From the NCBI GenBank assembly GCA_903889965.1, contig CAISZM010000027.1:220-64219 (forward strand): a stretch of 64,000 nucleotides of DNA, read 5' to 3'. Position numbers and translations under genes: made by a program. The notes beneath the pieces are model-generated. The model did no database searches. It saw only the letters and a list, made by a program, of their open reading frames with translations, and was not told where the DNA came from. This DNA comes from an uncultured Elusimicrobia bacterium (GTDB lineage: Bacteria > Elusimicrobiota > Elusimicrobia > Elusimicrobiales > UBA9959). This document shows positions 41,834 through 53,200 of the stretch, piece after piece (the stretch's first letter is position 1; every line of letters starts with the position of its first letter).

Positions 41834-44800
41834 GTTTTATCCCCTAGCAGTTTTTCTATCCCGCGCAGCAGGTGGTCGTTCAACCCCACCCGCTCCGTGG
41901 TTTCTATCATGTAAGCGCCGCGCCCCTTGGCGTTCACCTGGAAATAGACCGGGCACATGCCGTGGTTCTTTCCCAGTTCGGATTTCAGTTCATGCAGCTG
42001 CTTCTCGTCGAAAAGTATGCCTTCCGGCAGGTTGATTATAAGTCCCCGGGCCCACTTGTTCATGGCGTCGAAAAGGCCGTACGCCTCCTCGGCTATCAGT
42101 TCGTAGTTCTGCTCGCCGAAATCCGATTTTTGAACCTTACCCGAGACAACGACCACTTTATTAGGCCCCAGGCTGGCCCCGTACATCTTATATTTCCTGG
42201 GGAACAGGCAGACCCCGATATTGCCGGTGAGATCCTCCACCTCGAACTTGGCCATGGCCTCCCCGGTCTTCTTGGTCTGCATGTTCTTGAATTGCGTAAC
42301 TATGCCGGCCACGCGCACCATATCCCCTTCCGCAAAGCCGCCGGCCAGCAGCTTGTCCGCCTGCGCGTTGGAAACCATCGAAAGGTGGCGCCGGTAGCTG
42401 TTGAGTGGATGTCCGGAAAAATAGAAACCCAGCACTTCGTGCTCGTTCTTGAGCAGGAGGTGCTCGCTCATCTCGGCGGCGGCCTTCTTCTCCTCTCCGA
42501 AGAGCATGGCCTGGTTGGAATCCCGGCCGCCGCCGCCGCAGAAAAGCTCGACCGCCTCCATCGCCCTGGAGCGGGATATCTCCGGCTTCTCCGCCGGGTA
42601 GAAGCAGTCGAAGCAGCCGCCCTTGGCCAGCGACTCCACTACGCGCTTGTTAAGCTGTTTCGAATCCGCGCGCAGGGTGAACTCCTCGAAAGAGCGGAAT
42701 TGCCCGTTCCTCACGCGCTCGGCGGCTATGCCTTCCGCCACCCCCTCTCCGACGTTCTTAACGGCCGTCAGGGCGAAGCGTATGGCCGGTTTGCCGCCCC
42801 TGGTTTCTATGGAAAATTTCTTATTGGAGCTGTTCACGCTGGGACCCAGTATCTCTATCTCCATGTCCTGGGCTTCTCCGATGTAGGTGACCAGTTTATT
42901 CTCCTTGTCCTCGGAACCGATCGGGCTGTGGCCGATCTCGCTCGTCAGGAGCGCGGCCATGAACTCCACCGGATAATTGGCCTTCAGCCAGGCCGTCTGG
43001 TACGCCACCAGCGCGTAGGCGACCGAGTGGGACTTATTGAAACCGTAGCCGGCGAATTCCACGATCTGGTCGAAGATCTTGGTGGCCAGCTTGTTCGGGA
43101 TATCATTCTTGGACCTGGCCTGGTCGACGAACTTGGCCCGCATCTGCTCCATCACCTCGGCCTTCTTCTTGCCCATGGCCTTACGGAAGCCGTCGGCCTC
43201 TCCCGGCGTGAAGCCGGAAAGGCTCTTCGAAATTTCCATCACCTGCTCCTGGTACACCATCGTGCCGTAGGTGTCTTTGAGGATGGGCTCCATAAGCGGG
43301 TGGTCGTAGACTATCTTCTTCCTGCCGTGCTTGCGCTCCACGAACATCTCCAGCATGCCGCTCTGTATCGGGCCCGGGCGGTAGAGCGCCACCAGCGCGG
43401 CGATGTCGCTGAAAGCGGAAGGCTTCAGCCCCTTCACCAGCTTTTTCATGCCGTCGCTTTCCAGCTGGAACACCCCGGTGGTGCGGCCCTCGCACAGCAG
43501 GTCGAAGGTCTTGCTGTCGTCCAGTTTTATGGAGTAGATGTCGAAATCTTTCAGCGCCCCTTCCCGTATGAACTCCGAGGCGGTCTCGATGACCGAAAGC
43601 GTGCGCAGCCCGAGGAAGTCCACCTTGAGCATCCCGAGGTTCGGCAGCATGTTGCCGTCGTACTGGGTGGTCACTATCTCCTTGGTGTTGCGGTTGGAAA
43701 GAGGGACGTAGTCCGTGATGTCGTCCTTGGAAATTACCACGCCGGCGGCGTGCACCCCGGTATGGCGGCGGAGGCCCTCCACTTTTACGGCTATGTCGAA
43801 CATCTTCTTAAGCTTAGGGTCGCGGGCGTATTCCTTGAGCTCGTTGACCTCGTTCAAGGCCTTATAAAGTTTGGCCTTCGGGTCGGAGGGCACGAGCTTC
43901 GCTATGGCGTTCACTTCCGTAAGGGGTATGCTCATCACGCGGCAAACGTCGCGCACCGCGCTCTTGGCCTTTATGGTGCCGTAGGTGATGATGTTCGCAA
44001 CGCGCGAGGCGCCGTATTTCTCGCGCACATACTGCACCACCTGCTCCCGCCCGGAATCGGAGAAGTCTATGTCCAGGTCGGGCATGCTCTTGCGGTCCGG
44101 GTTCAGGAACCGCTCGAAAAGCAAATTGTTCACTATGGGGTCCACGCGGGTAATATCGAGCGTGAACGCGACCAGCGCGCCGGCGCCGGAGCCGCGGCCG
44201 GGCCCCACGGGTATGCCGTGGGCGCGGGCGAAATTTATAAAATCCATCACTATCAGGAAGTAACTTGAAAAGCCCATCCGCCTGATCACGCTCAGCTCGT
44301 ACTCGAGGCGCTTGCGGTAATCGTCGCCGGCGTTAGGCACCTTTTTTTTAAGGCCCGCATCGCAAAGGTCCCTGAGGTAATAAAAATCGCCTTCGGAAGG
44401 ATGCTTATCCTTGTAACCCTGCGGTATGTCGAAAGCCGGCAGGTGCAGTTTGCCCGTGTCCACCTTAACCTCGCACATCCCGGCTATGGCCAGCGTGTTC
44501 GCCACCGCCTCCGGCGAGTGGGAGAAAAGTTTTATCATCTCCTCCGGCGACTTGTAATAGAGCTCATGCGTGGTCATGCGCATGCGGTTCGGGTCGTCCA
44601 TCAGCGAGCCGGTGGAGATGCAGATATGGGCGTCGTGCGCCTCCCAGTCTTCCTTCTTCTGGTAGTGGCAGTCGTTGGTGGCCACGAGCGGGATGCCGGT
44701 GCGCTTCGCCACCTCCAGGAGGCCGGCCATGGCGGCCTGCTCCTCCGGTATATTGTGGTCCATCAGTTCCAGGTAATAATTGCCCTTTCCCAGGATGTCG

Positions 44801-45315
44801 TTGTACTCCGAGGCCAGCTTAACGGCCTCGTCCAGGCGGCCCTCGGCGCAGGCGCGCGACAGATGGGACTTGAGGCAGCCGGAAAGCACGATCAGGCCAT
44901 CGGCGTGCTTGGCCAGGAGCTCGCTGTCGATGCGCGGGTCGTGGTAGAAGCCCTCGAGGTAGGCGGCCGAGACCATCTTCATCAGGTTGTGGTAGCCGGC
45001 GTTGTTTTTGGCCAGCACGGTCATGTGGCCGTTGTCCCGGCGGCCGGAACTTTTGTCGCGGTCCTTGCGCGACCCCTTCGCCACGTACACCTCGCAGCCG
45101 ATGATGGGCTTCAGCCCTACGGACAGCGCCGTAAAATAGAACTCCATAGCCCCGTACATGTTGCCATGGTCCGTGATGGCCAGGGCGTTGCCGTTCTGCG
45201 CGGCCAGGCCCTTAAGGAATTCGGAGGGGTGACCGTCGCCGTCGGTAATGCGCAGCATCCCGTCGAGCAGCGAGTACTCGGAGTGGTTGTGAAGGTGTAT
45301 GAACCGGGGTTGCAT
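41809..45315 (-). CDS. dnaE: DNA polymerase III alpha subunit
   Basis: The 1168-aa ORF begins with a PHP domain (FIHLHNHSEYSLLDG). The polymerase core motifs are ..GPGRGSGAGALVAF.. and ..PDLDIDF.., and an OB-fold region lies near the C-terminus. Confidence 0.95.
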   Translation of the reverse strand: MQPRFIHLHNHSEYSLLDGMLRITDGDGHPSEFLKGLAAQNGNALAITDHGNMYGAMEFYFTALSVGLKPIIGCEVYVAKGSRKDRDKSSGRRDNGHMTVLAKNNAGYHNLMKMVSAAYLEGFYHDPRIDSELLAKHADGLIVLSGCLKSHLSRACAEGRLDEAVKLASEYNDILGKGNYYLELMDHNIPEEQAAMAGLLEVAKRTGIPLVATNDCHYQKKEDWEAHDAHICISTGSLMDDPNRMRMTTHELYYKSPEEMIKLFSHSPEAVANTLAIAGMCEVKVDTGKLHLPAFDIPQGYKDKHPSEGDFYYLRDLCDAGLKKKVPNAGDDYRKRLEYELSVIRRMGFSSYFLIVMDFINFARAHGIPVGPGRGSGAGALVAFTLDITRVDPIVNNLLFERFLNPDRKSMPDLDIDFSDSGREQVVQYVREKYGASRVANIITYGTIKAKSAVRDVCRVMSIPLTEVNAIAKLVPSDPKAKLYKALNEVNELKEYARDPKLKKMFDIAVKVEGLRRHTGVHAAGVVISKDDITDYVPLSNRNTKEIVTTQYDGNMLPNLGMLKVDFLGLRTLSVIETASEFIREGALKDFDIYSIKLDDSKTFDLLCEGRTTGVFQLESDGMKKLVKGLKPSAFSDIAALVALYRPGPIQSGMLEMFVERKHGRKKIVYDHPLMEPILKDTYGTMVYQEQVMEISKSLSGFTPGEADGFRKAMGKKKAEVMEQMRAKFVDQARSKNDIPNKLATKIFDQIVEFAGYGFNKSHSVAYALVAYQTAWLKANYPVEFMAALLTSEIGHSPIGSEDKENKLVTYIGEAQDMEIEILGPSVNSSNKKFSIETRGGKPAIRFALTAVKNVGEGVAEGIAAERVRNGQFRSFEEFTLRADSKQLNKRVVESLAKGGCFDCFYPAEKPEISRSRAMEAVELFCGGGGRDSNQAMLFGEEKKAAAEMSEHLLLKNEHEVLGFYFSGHPLNSYRRHLSMVSNAQADKLLAGGFAEGDMVRVAGIVTQFKNMQTKKTGEAMAKFEVEDLTGNIGVCLFPRKYKMYGASLGPNKVVVVSGKVQKSDFGEQNYELIAEEAYGLFDAMNKWARGLIINLPEGILFDEKQLHELKSELGKNHGMCPVYFQVNAKGRGAYMIETTERVGLNDHLLRGIEKLLGDKTWKLESGF

Positions 45316-45442
45316 TAAATTTGCCGAAAACAGAAACTTCCGCGGCCGGAACGAACCGCTTCTATAATTATATAAATTAAAGGCGGCATAAAAAACCGCG
45401 ATGGCGGGCCAGCCTTTACGCAGGAAATTATATAATTACGAT

Positions 45443-46012
45443 ATGACAAGAAAGCCAGTACGTGCCGCGCACGCGGGCCTTACGGAAAAGCCCCACCGCA
45501 CCAGGCTGCTATTCTCGGGCACCGTCAACTTCAGGGCCGACACCGTGGTGCTGCCCAACGGAAAAAAAGCCACGCGGGAATTCATGTCGCATCCGGGCGC
45601 GGTGGCCGTTCTGCCGGTCCTGCCGGACGGCAGGATAATTTTCGTGCGCCAGTACCGCTACCCGGTCAGGAAAGCGACGCTGGAAATACCGGCCGGGAAG
45701 CTCCATTCGGCCTCTGACAAACCGCTCCTCAGGGCGAAGGCGGAGCTGAAAGAGGAAACCGGCTACACCGCGTCTTCCGTCAGGCCCCTGCTTTCCTACT
45801 GGCCAACGCCGGCTTTTTCGGACGAGGTGCTGCACATCTTCACCGCCACCGGCCTGCGCGGCGGCGCGGCGTCCCCGGACGAGGACGAATTTTTGCTCGT
45901 TGAGACGCTCACTTTTAAAAAAGCCTGGCGCCTGGTGAAAAGCGGCGCGATAAGGGATTCAAAGACCCTCCTGGCCCTCCAGGCCTGGAAGATCAAAATG
46001 CTTGAAACTTAA
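45443..46012 (+). CDS. Nudix hydrolase (ADP-ribose pyrophosphatase-like)
   Basis: It has a Nudix box-like segment [24 protein letters not shown] and an NudF-like N-terminal beta region. The start is ambiguous: ATG 45443 lies 6 nt after an exact TATAAT (45431-45436), and the ORF-track start is 45401. Confidence 0.78.
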   Translation: MTRKPVRAAHAGLTEKPHRTRLLFSGTVNFRADTVVLPNGKKATREFMSHPGAVAVLPVLPDGRIIFVRQYRYPVRKATLEIPAGKLHSASDKPLLRAKAELKEETGYTASSVRPLLSYWPTPAFSDEVLHIFTATGLRGGAASPDEDEFLLVETLTFKKAWRLVKSGAIRDSKTLLALQAWKIKMLET

Positions 46013-46023
46013 CCGGAGACAAA

Positions 46024-47988
46024 ATGAAATTCGACCAGACGGACACCCTTTGCGTTAACACGATACGGACCATGGCTATCGACATGGTGGGCCGGGCCAA
46101 CTCCGGCCACCCGGGCCTGCCGCTCGGCGCGGCCCCGATGGCCTACTCACTGTGGGCTGGCCACCTGAAATTCTCCCCCCAGAACCCTTCCTGGTTCGAC
46201 AGGGACCGTTTCGTGCTGTCGGCAGGGCACGGTTCGGCGATGCTTTACTCCATGCTCCATCTCTACGGCTACGGCCTCACGATAGATGACCTTAAGAACT
46301 TCCGCCAGCTAGGCAGCAAAACCCCCGGCCATCCCGAATACGGCCACACGGCCGGGGTGGAAGCCACCACGGGCCCGCTGGGCCAGGGTTTCGCGAACGC
46401 GGTGGGCATGGCGCTGGCCGAAAAACTGACAGCTGAAAAGCTTAATACCCCGGAGTTCCGGCTGGTGGACCACCATACCTACGTGATAGCCGGGGACGGA
46501 GATCTTATGGAGGGCGTCTCCTACGAGGCGGCCTCGCTCGCCGGGACCATGAAACTGGGGAAACTCATCTGCCTTTACGATTCCAACGGCATAACTATAG
46601 AGGGCTCCACCAGCCTGGCCTTCACCGAGGACGTGAAACAGCGCTTCCTGGCGCAGGGCTGGCAGGTGATAGGCGTGGAGGACGGGAACTCCCTGGATGA
46701 GCTGGACTCGGCGATAAAAAAAGCCAGGCGCGAAACAGAAAAACCTTCCCTGATAATAGCCAAAACGCACATAGGTTTCGGCAGCCCCAAGCAGGACAGG
46801 AACTCGGTACACGGCGAGCCGCTGAAACCCGATGAGATCCTGGCCACGAAGAAGGCTCTGGGCTGGACTTCCGCCGAGCCGTTCTTCGCTCCGGAAGAGG
46901 CGCGCGCGCGCTTTGCCCAGCAGGCCGGGGAGGGAGACAAAGCGCACAAGCGCTGGCTGAAGCTCTGGAAAAAATACAGCGAGGCCGCGCCGGCTATGGC
47001 GGACCTGGCCAAGGCCATGCTGGGGCGGGAAATACCCGAGGACCTGTTCAAGCCGGAGGATTCGTTCTTCGAAAAACCCCTGGCGACCAGGGAGGCTTCC
47101 GGCAGGGTCATAAACCTGATGGCCGCAAAACTCCCGGGGCTGGCCGGGGGCGCGGCTGACCTTGGCCCCTCCACCAAGACTGATTTTACCGCGGCACCGG
47201 CGCGCACGCTGCACTTCGGCATACGCGAGCACGCGATGGGGGCCATAGTTAACGGCCTGGCGCTGCACGGAGGGCTTATACCCTTCGGCGCCACTTTCCT
47301 GGTATTCTCGGACTATATGCGGCCCGCCCTGCGCCTGGCCGCCATGATGCAGATCCCTTCGGTGTTCGTTTTCACCCACGACAGCGTCGGCTTGGGAGAG
47401 GACGGCCCCACGCACCAGCCGGTGGAGCAGCTGATGAGCCTGCGCCTTATCCCGGGCCTGCTGGTAATGCGCCCGGCCGACGCCTGGGAGACGCTCTACG
47501 CCTGGGAGACGGTCCTGCGCCTGAAGCGCCCGGCTTGCCTGGCGCTCTCGCGGCAAACGCTGCCGCTGCTGACCCAGTACAGGGAGAAAATGACATCCGG
47601 GGTCGGGCGCGGCGCTTACCTGCTGCGCGGCCCGTCCACGGTACCGTCGATAGAATTGATAGCTTCCGGCTCGGAAATTTCCCTGCTCTTCGAGGCCGCC
47701 GCCCTGCTGGAGAAAAAGGGAATAGCCGCGCGCATAATCTCCGTGCCCTCGTTCGAGCTGTTCAGGGAACAGGACCGGGCCTACAGGGACTCCGTCCTGA
47801 TACCGGGCCTGCCCAAGCTTTGCGTGGAGGCCGGGAGATCGGCCGGGTGGAGCGAACTGGCGGGGACGGACGCCTGCGTGATGGGCATCGAGACCTTCGG
47901 GCTATCGGCGCCGGCGAGCCGGGTTTTCGAGTCGCTGGGACTTACCGCTGAAAAGGTGGCCGAAGCCGCCGGAAAGATGGTGAAGTAG
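46024..47988 (+). CDS. tkt: Transketolase
   Basis: The 654-aa ORF contains [16 protein letters not shown], the ThDP motif [13 protein letters not shown], and the C-terminal domain. Confidence 0.95.
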   Translation: MKFDQTDTLCVNTIRTMAIDMVGRANSGHPGLPLGAAPMAYSLWAGHLKFSPQNPSWFDRDRFVLSAGHGSAMLYSMLHLYGYGLTIDDLKNFRQLGSKTPGHPEYGHTAGVEATTGPLGQGFANAVGMALAEKLTAEKLNTPEFRLVDHHTYVIAGDGDLMEGVSYEAASLAGTMKLGKLICLYDSNGITIEGSTSLAFTEDVKQRFLAQGWQVIGVEDGNSLDELDSAIKKARRETEKPSLIIAKTHIGFGSPKQDRNSVHGEPLKPDEILATKKALGWTSAEPFFAPEEARARFAQQAGEGDKAHKRWLKLWKKYSEAAPAMADLAKAMLGREIPEDLFKPEDSFFEKPLATREASGRVINLMAAKLPGLAGGAADLGPSTKTDFTAAPARTLHFGIREHAMGAIVNGLALHGGLIPFGATFLVFSDYMRPALRLAAMMQIPSVFVFTHDSVGLGEDGPTHQPVEQLMSLRLIPGLLVMRPADAWETLYAWETVLRLKRPACLALSRQTLPLLTQYREKMTSGVGRGAYLLRGPSTVPSIELIASGSEISLLFEAAALLEKKGIAARIISVPSFELFREQDRAYRDSVLIPGLPKLCVEAGRSAGWSELAGTDACVMGIETFGLSAPASRVFESLGLTAEKVAEAAGKMVK

Positions 47989-48007
47989 GGCCGCTTTTAC
48001 CCGTAGC

Positions 48008-49096
48008 TTAAATGGCCTTGGCCCGCCGCAGGCCCCAAAGCGACAGCAGCCCGAAGAAAAGCGCCGGCGCAAGCCCGGCCGCTAGAGGCGGGAGCAGCTC
48101 GGCGCTGCCGGCCTCCTGCGCCATTATCATAACCGCCCAGAAAAAGAAACCGAATCCCAGCGCTATCCCGAAACTGAAAAACTTGTTGTTCCTGCGCACG
48201 AGAAGGACCATGGCCGCGCCTATCAGGGCCATGGCCGGATTGGCCAGCGGCGCCGACAATTTTACCCAGAAAAGAGTGCGCTCCACGGCGGAGGGAGCCC
48301 CCACTTCATTAAGGCGGCGGAGTCGCCTCAGGACCTCCAGTGAGGAAACCCCCTCCGGCACGAGTTTTTCCAGCACCAGGTTTTCCGGCGGCACCGAGAT
48401 GGCGGACTGGGACACGGCAAGGCGCGTGGTTAAAGGCTTAAGGTCCGAATCGTAATTTATCAGGACGCAGTCGTGCAGCACCCATCGCCTGACATCCTTC
48501 TGCCACAGCGCGGAAGCCGCGTTTATTTCCCTGAAAAGCCGGTCCTCCCTGTAAGTACTGATCGTCACATGCTCCATGACGCCCCGGCGCCCGTCGAAAA
48601 GATGGGCCGTAACGATCACGTCCCTCCCCGCGGAAAAAGCCACGTCTTCCCTGACCAGGCGCTGCCAGTCCTCTTTTCCGCGCAGCTTGCCCTGGAACAG
48701 GTACTCCGAGCGCATGAAATATTCAGGCGCCACGGTCTCCTGCAGCACGAACTGAACGGCCCCCGCCGCCACGGCGCACACAAGCAGCGGCTTGATCATG
48801 TCGAAAGGACGCCACCCGCCGGCTAACCCCGCCTTCCATTCTCCGTTAGACAGCATCCCGCCGAGCGCGAAAAGCACGGCCATCATGGTGGCTATCGGGG
48901 TCATCTTCACCATGAAATAAGGGGCCTGGTAGATCACATAGCGAAAGAAAACCCCGGCGCCGGCCCCGCTCTTCAGGAAGGGGCTGAGGTTGTCGAAAAG
49001 GCTGCCGAAGAGCAGCATCAGGCAGAACACGGCGAGGCCGAAACCGAAGGGGCCCCAGAAGCTGCGCGCGATGTACCTGTAAAATATCTTGTTCAT
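48008..49096 (-). CDS. lptG: LPS export ABC transporter permease, LptF/LptG (YjgP/YjgQ) family; second gene of the pair
   Basis: The 362-aa ORF has the N-terminus YRYIARSFWGPFGFGL typical of the family and six TM segments flanking a periplasmic beta-jellyroll-sized loop. The lptG label is assigned from gene order only. Confidence 0.75.
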   Translation of the reverse strand: MNKIFYRYIARSFWGPFGFGLAVFCLMLLFGSLFDNLSPFLKSGAGAGVFFRYVIYQAPYFMVKMTPIATMMAVLFALGGMLSNGEWKAGLAGGWRPFDMIKPLLVCAVAAGAVQFVLQETVAPEYFMRSEYLFQGKLRGKEDWQRLVREDVAFSAGRDVIVTAHLFDGRRGVMEHVTISTYREDRLFREINAASALWQKDVRRWVLHDCVLINYDSDLKPLTTRLAVSQSAISVPPENLVLEKLVPEGVSSLEVLRRLRRLNEVGAPSAVERTLFWVKLSAPLANPAMALIGAAMVLLVRRNNKFFSFGIALGFGFFFWAVMIMAQEAGSAELLPPLAAGLAPALFFGLLSLWGLRRAKAI

Positions 49097-49129
49097 AAAT
49101 AGCCGCGATTACGGCGTTGTTCCGAAAAT

Positions 49130-50248
49130 TTACTTCCCGTACAGCTTGCGCGACCACAGCCACAGCCCGGCCGCGCCGGTGAGCAGCGCCGGCGCGAACA
49201 CGGCCCAGGGGAAAAGCGCTTCGTATTTGCGGGCCAGCACCATCCCCGTTATGGTGAGCCCGTAGTAAAAGAATATTATCACCAGCGTGATGGCAAAACC
49301 CGCGGAGCGGCCGCGCTTGTCCAGCGCTATACCCAGCGGCGCCCCGACGAGGAAGAAGACCAGCGGCGCGAGCGCGAGAGCGAAGCGTGACGCCACTTCT
49401 ATGCGGTACCTGGCCGCGTTCTGCGGATCCTTTACCCCGGCCCTCAGCCTTTCTATGAGCCCTAAAGTGGGGATCTCCCGCTGGCTAAGTTCGCGGCCCT
49501 GCGCGCTTACGGACAAAAAAGGCAGCAGCGTGGCGTAAGACGAGAATTTTCCGGACAATATCTTCTCCGGGTACTTATAGTCCGTCTGGCTGAACTGGCC
49601 GCTGGAAAGCTCCATTTCCAGCCCCTGCTCCTGCTTCACATGGTAACTGCCGGAGGCGGCGTTTATCTTGGTGAGAAAAGCCGGATCCGCGCCCTTATTT
49701 ATGCGGCGCAGCAGTTTAACGCCGCGCATTGTGCCGTTTATGCTGTTGACCTCGGCCGCGTAAAGGACCCAGTCCGAGACCTGCTGGAAAGTGCGCGGCT
49801 TCAGGTCTATTTTCGTGACGCGGTTCAGCATGGTCATGGTATAGTCGGTTGAGCGCTTTACGGACCGCGGGCCTATCCAGTTATTCACAGCCACGAGCAG
49901 CAGCGAGGCCGCCACGGCGGCGAGGGCGACGTAAGAAAGTATTTCGTAAAAAGAGTACCCGCCGGCGCGCAGCGCCACTATCTCGCCGTCCTGCGACATC
50001 TGCCCGAGGCTTAAAAGCATCGCCAGCAGAAAAGCCAGCGGCAGGGAGGTCGCGACTATGTTGGGCAGCAGGTAGACGATGCTTTTCAGCAGGAAATAGA
50101 ATGAAAAACCGGCCAGCACCCCCTGATTTACCACCTGCACGAAGTCCAGGGTTATGAGCAGCGCGACAAAAACAAAAAGGGCCAGCGCGAGGAACCGCGC
50201 GAAAACGCGCAGTATGTAGAGGCGGGCAACGGAACTAGGCACACGCAT
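49130..50248 (-). CDS. lptF: LPS export ABC transporter permease, LptF/LptG (YjgP/YjgQ) family; first gene of the pair
   Basis: The 372-aa ORF has the N-terminus LYILRVFARFLALALFVF and the same architecture as the downstream paralog. The lptF label is assigned from gene order only. Confidence 0.75.
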   Translation of the reverse strand: MRVPSSVARLYILRVFARFLALALFVFVALLITLDFVQVVNQGVLAGFSFYFLLKSIVYLLPNIVATSLPLAFLLAMLLSLGQMSQDGEIVALRAGGYSFYEILSYVALAAVAASLLLVAVNNWIGPRSVKRSTDYTMTMLNRVTKIDLKPRTFQQVSDWVLYAAEVNSINGTMRGVKLLRRINKGADPAFLTKINAASGSYHVKQEQGLEMELSSGQFSQTDYKYPEKILSGKFSSYATLLPFLSVSAQGRELSQREIPTLGLIERLRAGVKDPQNAARYRIEVASRFALALAPLVFFLVGAPLGIALDKRGRSAGFAITLVIIFFYYGLTITGMVLARKYEALFPWAVFAPALLTGAAGLWLWSRKLYGK

Positions 50249-50278
50249 TTATTTATTCTATTATATATCGACGGTGCC

Positions 50279-53200
50279 GTGGAACGCTTCTCGCTCTCTG
50301 CGCGGGCGGTTTCCGTTCGCCCGGAAAGAGGATTTCAGAGAACAGTGAAAGCGACCACAACGATACTGCCGCTCCTGGCCCTGGCCATATTCGCCGCCCC
50401 CTCCCGCGCGGCCGATTTCGCCGTTCCGAAACCGGACGGCGGACGTTTCCTGCTGCTTGACAGGCAGGAAGGCGGGAACATACTCGAGGAACCCGAAATA
50501 TCCACCGAAGCCGATAGCGGCGACCTGGAAAAGATATCCGGGGAGCTTCCTTTCTCCTATAGCGAGGATTCGTGGAATTCCGCGCGCGAAGCCGTGGAAA
50601 CGGGCCGTTTCGGGAGCGATGAACTTGCCGCGCCGGCGCCGGCGGAAGCGTCCGCGGAGGAACCGCTGGAGCCCGAGCCGCAGGTTGAGTTCACCGAGTC
50701 GGGAACCAGCCTTTCCGTGACCGGCCGCAAGATAATAACGGTCAACTACAGCGGCAAAAAATACCTGAGCAGCCAGACCACCCTGACGCGCGCGCGCTCG
50801 CTGAGCCTGTTCGAGATAACGCAGCAGATGCAGGTGCGCATGCAGGGCAAGGTGGGACAGAAGATCAGCGTCAACGTCGACTACGACGACACCAAGCAGG
50901 ACAAGCAGGACATCTCGGTAGTCTACCAGGGAGACCCCAACGAGGTGGTGCAGAACGTCTCCTTCGGCGACATTGACCTTTCGCTTCCGGCCACCGAGTT
51001 CGTCTCCTACAACAAGCAGTTGTTCGGCATCCGGACGGACCTGAAGACCAAGAGCCTCAAATTCACCTTCGTAGGGTCCCGCACAAAAGGCCAGAGCAAG
51101 ACCAAGCAGTTCACCGGGAACACCCAGTTCCAGGCCGTTGACCTGCTCGACACCAGCTACCTGCGCCGCAAATACTACGACGTGACCTTCGGCTGCAATA
51201 CGGTTTCCTGCATGCGCCTGCCCATAAAGTCCGGAACGGAGCGCATCTATATAGACCAGCAGACGCAGGCCCAGGTGGACGGGATCTCAGTACTGGCCCT
51301 TACGGGCAAGGACATGGCGGTGCAGTCCACCGGCTACACGGGCCGCTTCCAGCTTATGAGCCCCGGTATAGATTACGTGATGGACTACTCCAAGGGCCTG
51401 GTGACTTTCAACCGCAACCTGAACCCCCAGGACGTCGTCATGATCGACTTCCAGAACGCCGACGGCACCCGCCTGTCCCAGAACGGGTCTCCCCTGTCGA
51501 CTACGGCCGACGCCCTTCCCGGGGAAATACTCCCGGCCATAATAAAGCCGCCCAGCGACATCGCGCTGTCCTCTGTTACGGCCATAGCCGACCTGCAGGT
51601 CTCGCACAAGCGTGAACTCAAGACCTACTACGCCATAGGCCAGACCAATATAGTGCGCGACAACGGCAACGGCAATTTTACGCTTAAGGTGCAGGACCTC
51701 AACCGCAATTCCGTCAGCGTTGCCGGGTACAACCCCTCGGAGGGCAACCCGGCTATAAAATACCCCGACACGGTAGAGGTGGATTTCGAACAGGGAATAA
51801 TACACCTGAAAAACCCGTTCATGTCGGATTCGTCCCCCGGCACTATGGACGAACAGGTCTACTCCGCCGCGCCGGTGTCGAAACGCATAATCCGGGTCGA
51901 GTATTCCTACCGCTTCAAGACCTTCCTGCTGGAGCCGAGCATAGTGCTGCAGTCGGAGTCGGTCCGCGTTGACGGGAAGAAGCTGGGCCGCAACGAGGAT
52001 TATTTCATAGACTACGACTCCGGCTTCATCACCTTCTACTACCCCGATCGCATCGGGCAGGACTCGAAGATAGACATAACCTACGAAGTTTCCCAGTTCG
52101 GCGGCATGGGCAACCAGTCGCTGGTCGGAGGCCGGATCTCCTACGATTTCGGCACCCACTTCTCGCTCGGTTCCACGGTACTCTACCAGGGAGGCGTAAA
52201 GACCAACTCCGTCCCCAACGTGACCGACCTGACCAACAGCATGCTTGTTTACGAGGGCGACGCGCAGCTGAAGGGCCTGAACCTCCTGGGTCTGCACAGC
52301 ACCCTCGGCGCGGAGGCCGCCCAGAGCCGGCTTAACCCGAACCTGAACAGCTTCGCGCTGATAGACAACATGGAGGGCGTGAAGCAGGAAGATTCCCCGT
52401 CGATGGACAAGAACTACTGGTTCATCGCCGCCAACCCCGGGGTCCCGGCAGACCCGCTGGCGCTGGACTGGTACAACGAGAACATGAAATCCATAGACAT
52501 AAACCCCGCGGCCACCTCGGACGGCACGCAGCAGGTGCTGAGCATAAATTATGATTTCCGCGTTTCCTCCGAAGTTTCAATAGTCTACCCCCTTTCGCTC
52601 ACCGGGCTGGACTTCTCGCAGAAGAACATGCTGGAACTGGTGGTGCACGGGGAGAATTCGCCCTCGGACGCCGGTCCGCAGATCAATATACACCTCGGGC
52701 AGATAAGCGAGGACGCGGACGGCGCGGGCGGGCAGAACTTCGTCTGCGCCTCCGGGTTGGCCCTGACCGGCTCTCCGAAAAGCGAGGACCTGAACTGCGA
52801 CTCACAGGTTTCAAGCTCGGAAGATATCGGCTGGCTGTACGCCCCGGCGGCCTCCGCGCACACGAAACGCTACGGAGCCGCTAACGGCCGCCTGGACTCG
52901 GAAGACCTCAACAAGAACGGCCGCCTGGATTACGGCGATTTCACGGGCGGCGATTTCGGCTACGTGAACGGCACAGAATTCAAGGATACGGACCCGTCCG
53001 AGGCCCCGAAGAACTATGTCGATTTCAACGGCTGGCACACGCTTTATATGCCCCTGGTGATAACTTCCACCGACACTTTCAAATGGAACGCGGTAAAGCA
53101 GGTGCGCCTTTCGCTCAGGCAGAGACCCGGCGGCGCCGACCACGGCGTGATAAAATTCGCCCGCATCTCCGCGGTGGGAAATACCTGGACCGTTATGACC

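Noticed and set aside
39920-41914. A 664-aa ORF on the + strand spans pfk, the OM barrel and the response regulator.
   Set aside because: It lies antisense to three well-supported minus-strand genes. The translation is Arg/Gly/His/Val-rich low-complexity sequence with no recognisable motif, which is typical of a GC-driven shadow ORF.
41872-44268. A 798-aa ORF on the + strand (plus 44401..45318, 305 aa).
   Set aside because: It is entirely antisense to dnaE, whose identity is unambiguous. No domain-like sequence is present, so it is a shadow ORF.
46309-47556. A 415-aa ORF on the - strand (and 46575..47294, 239 aa).
   Set aside because: It is antisense to transketolase, so it is a shadow ORF.
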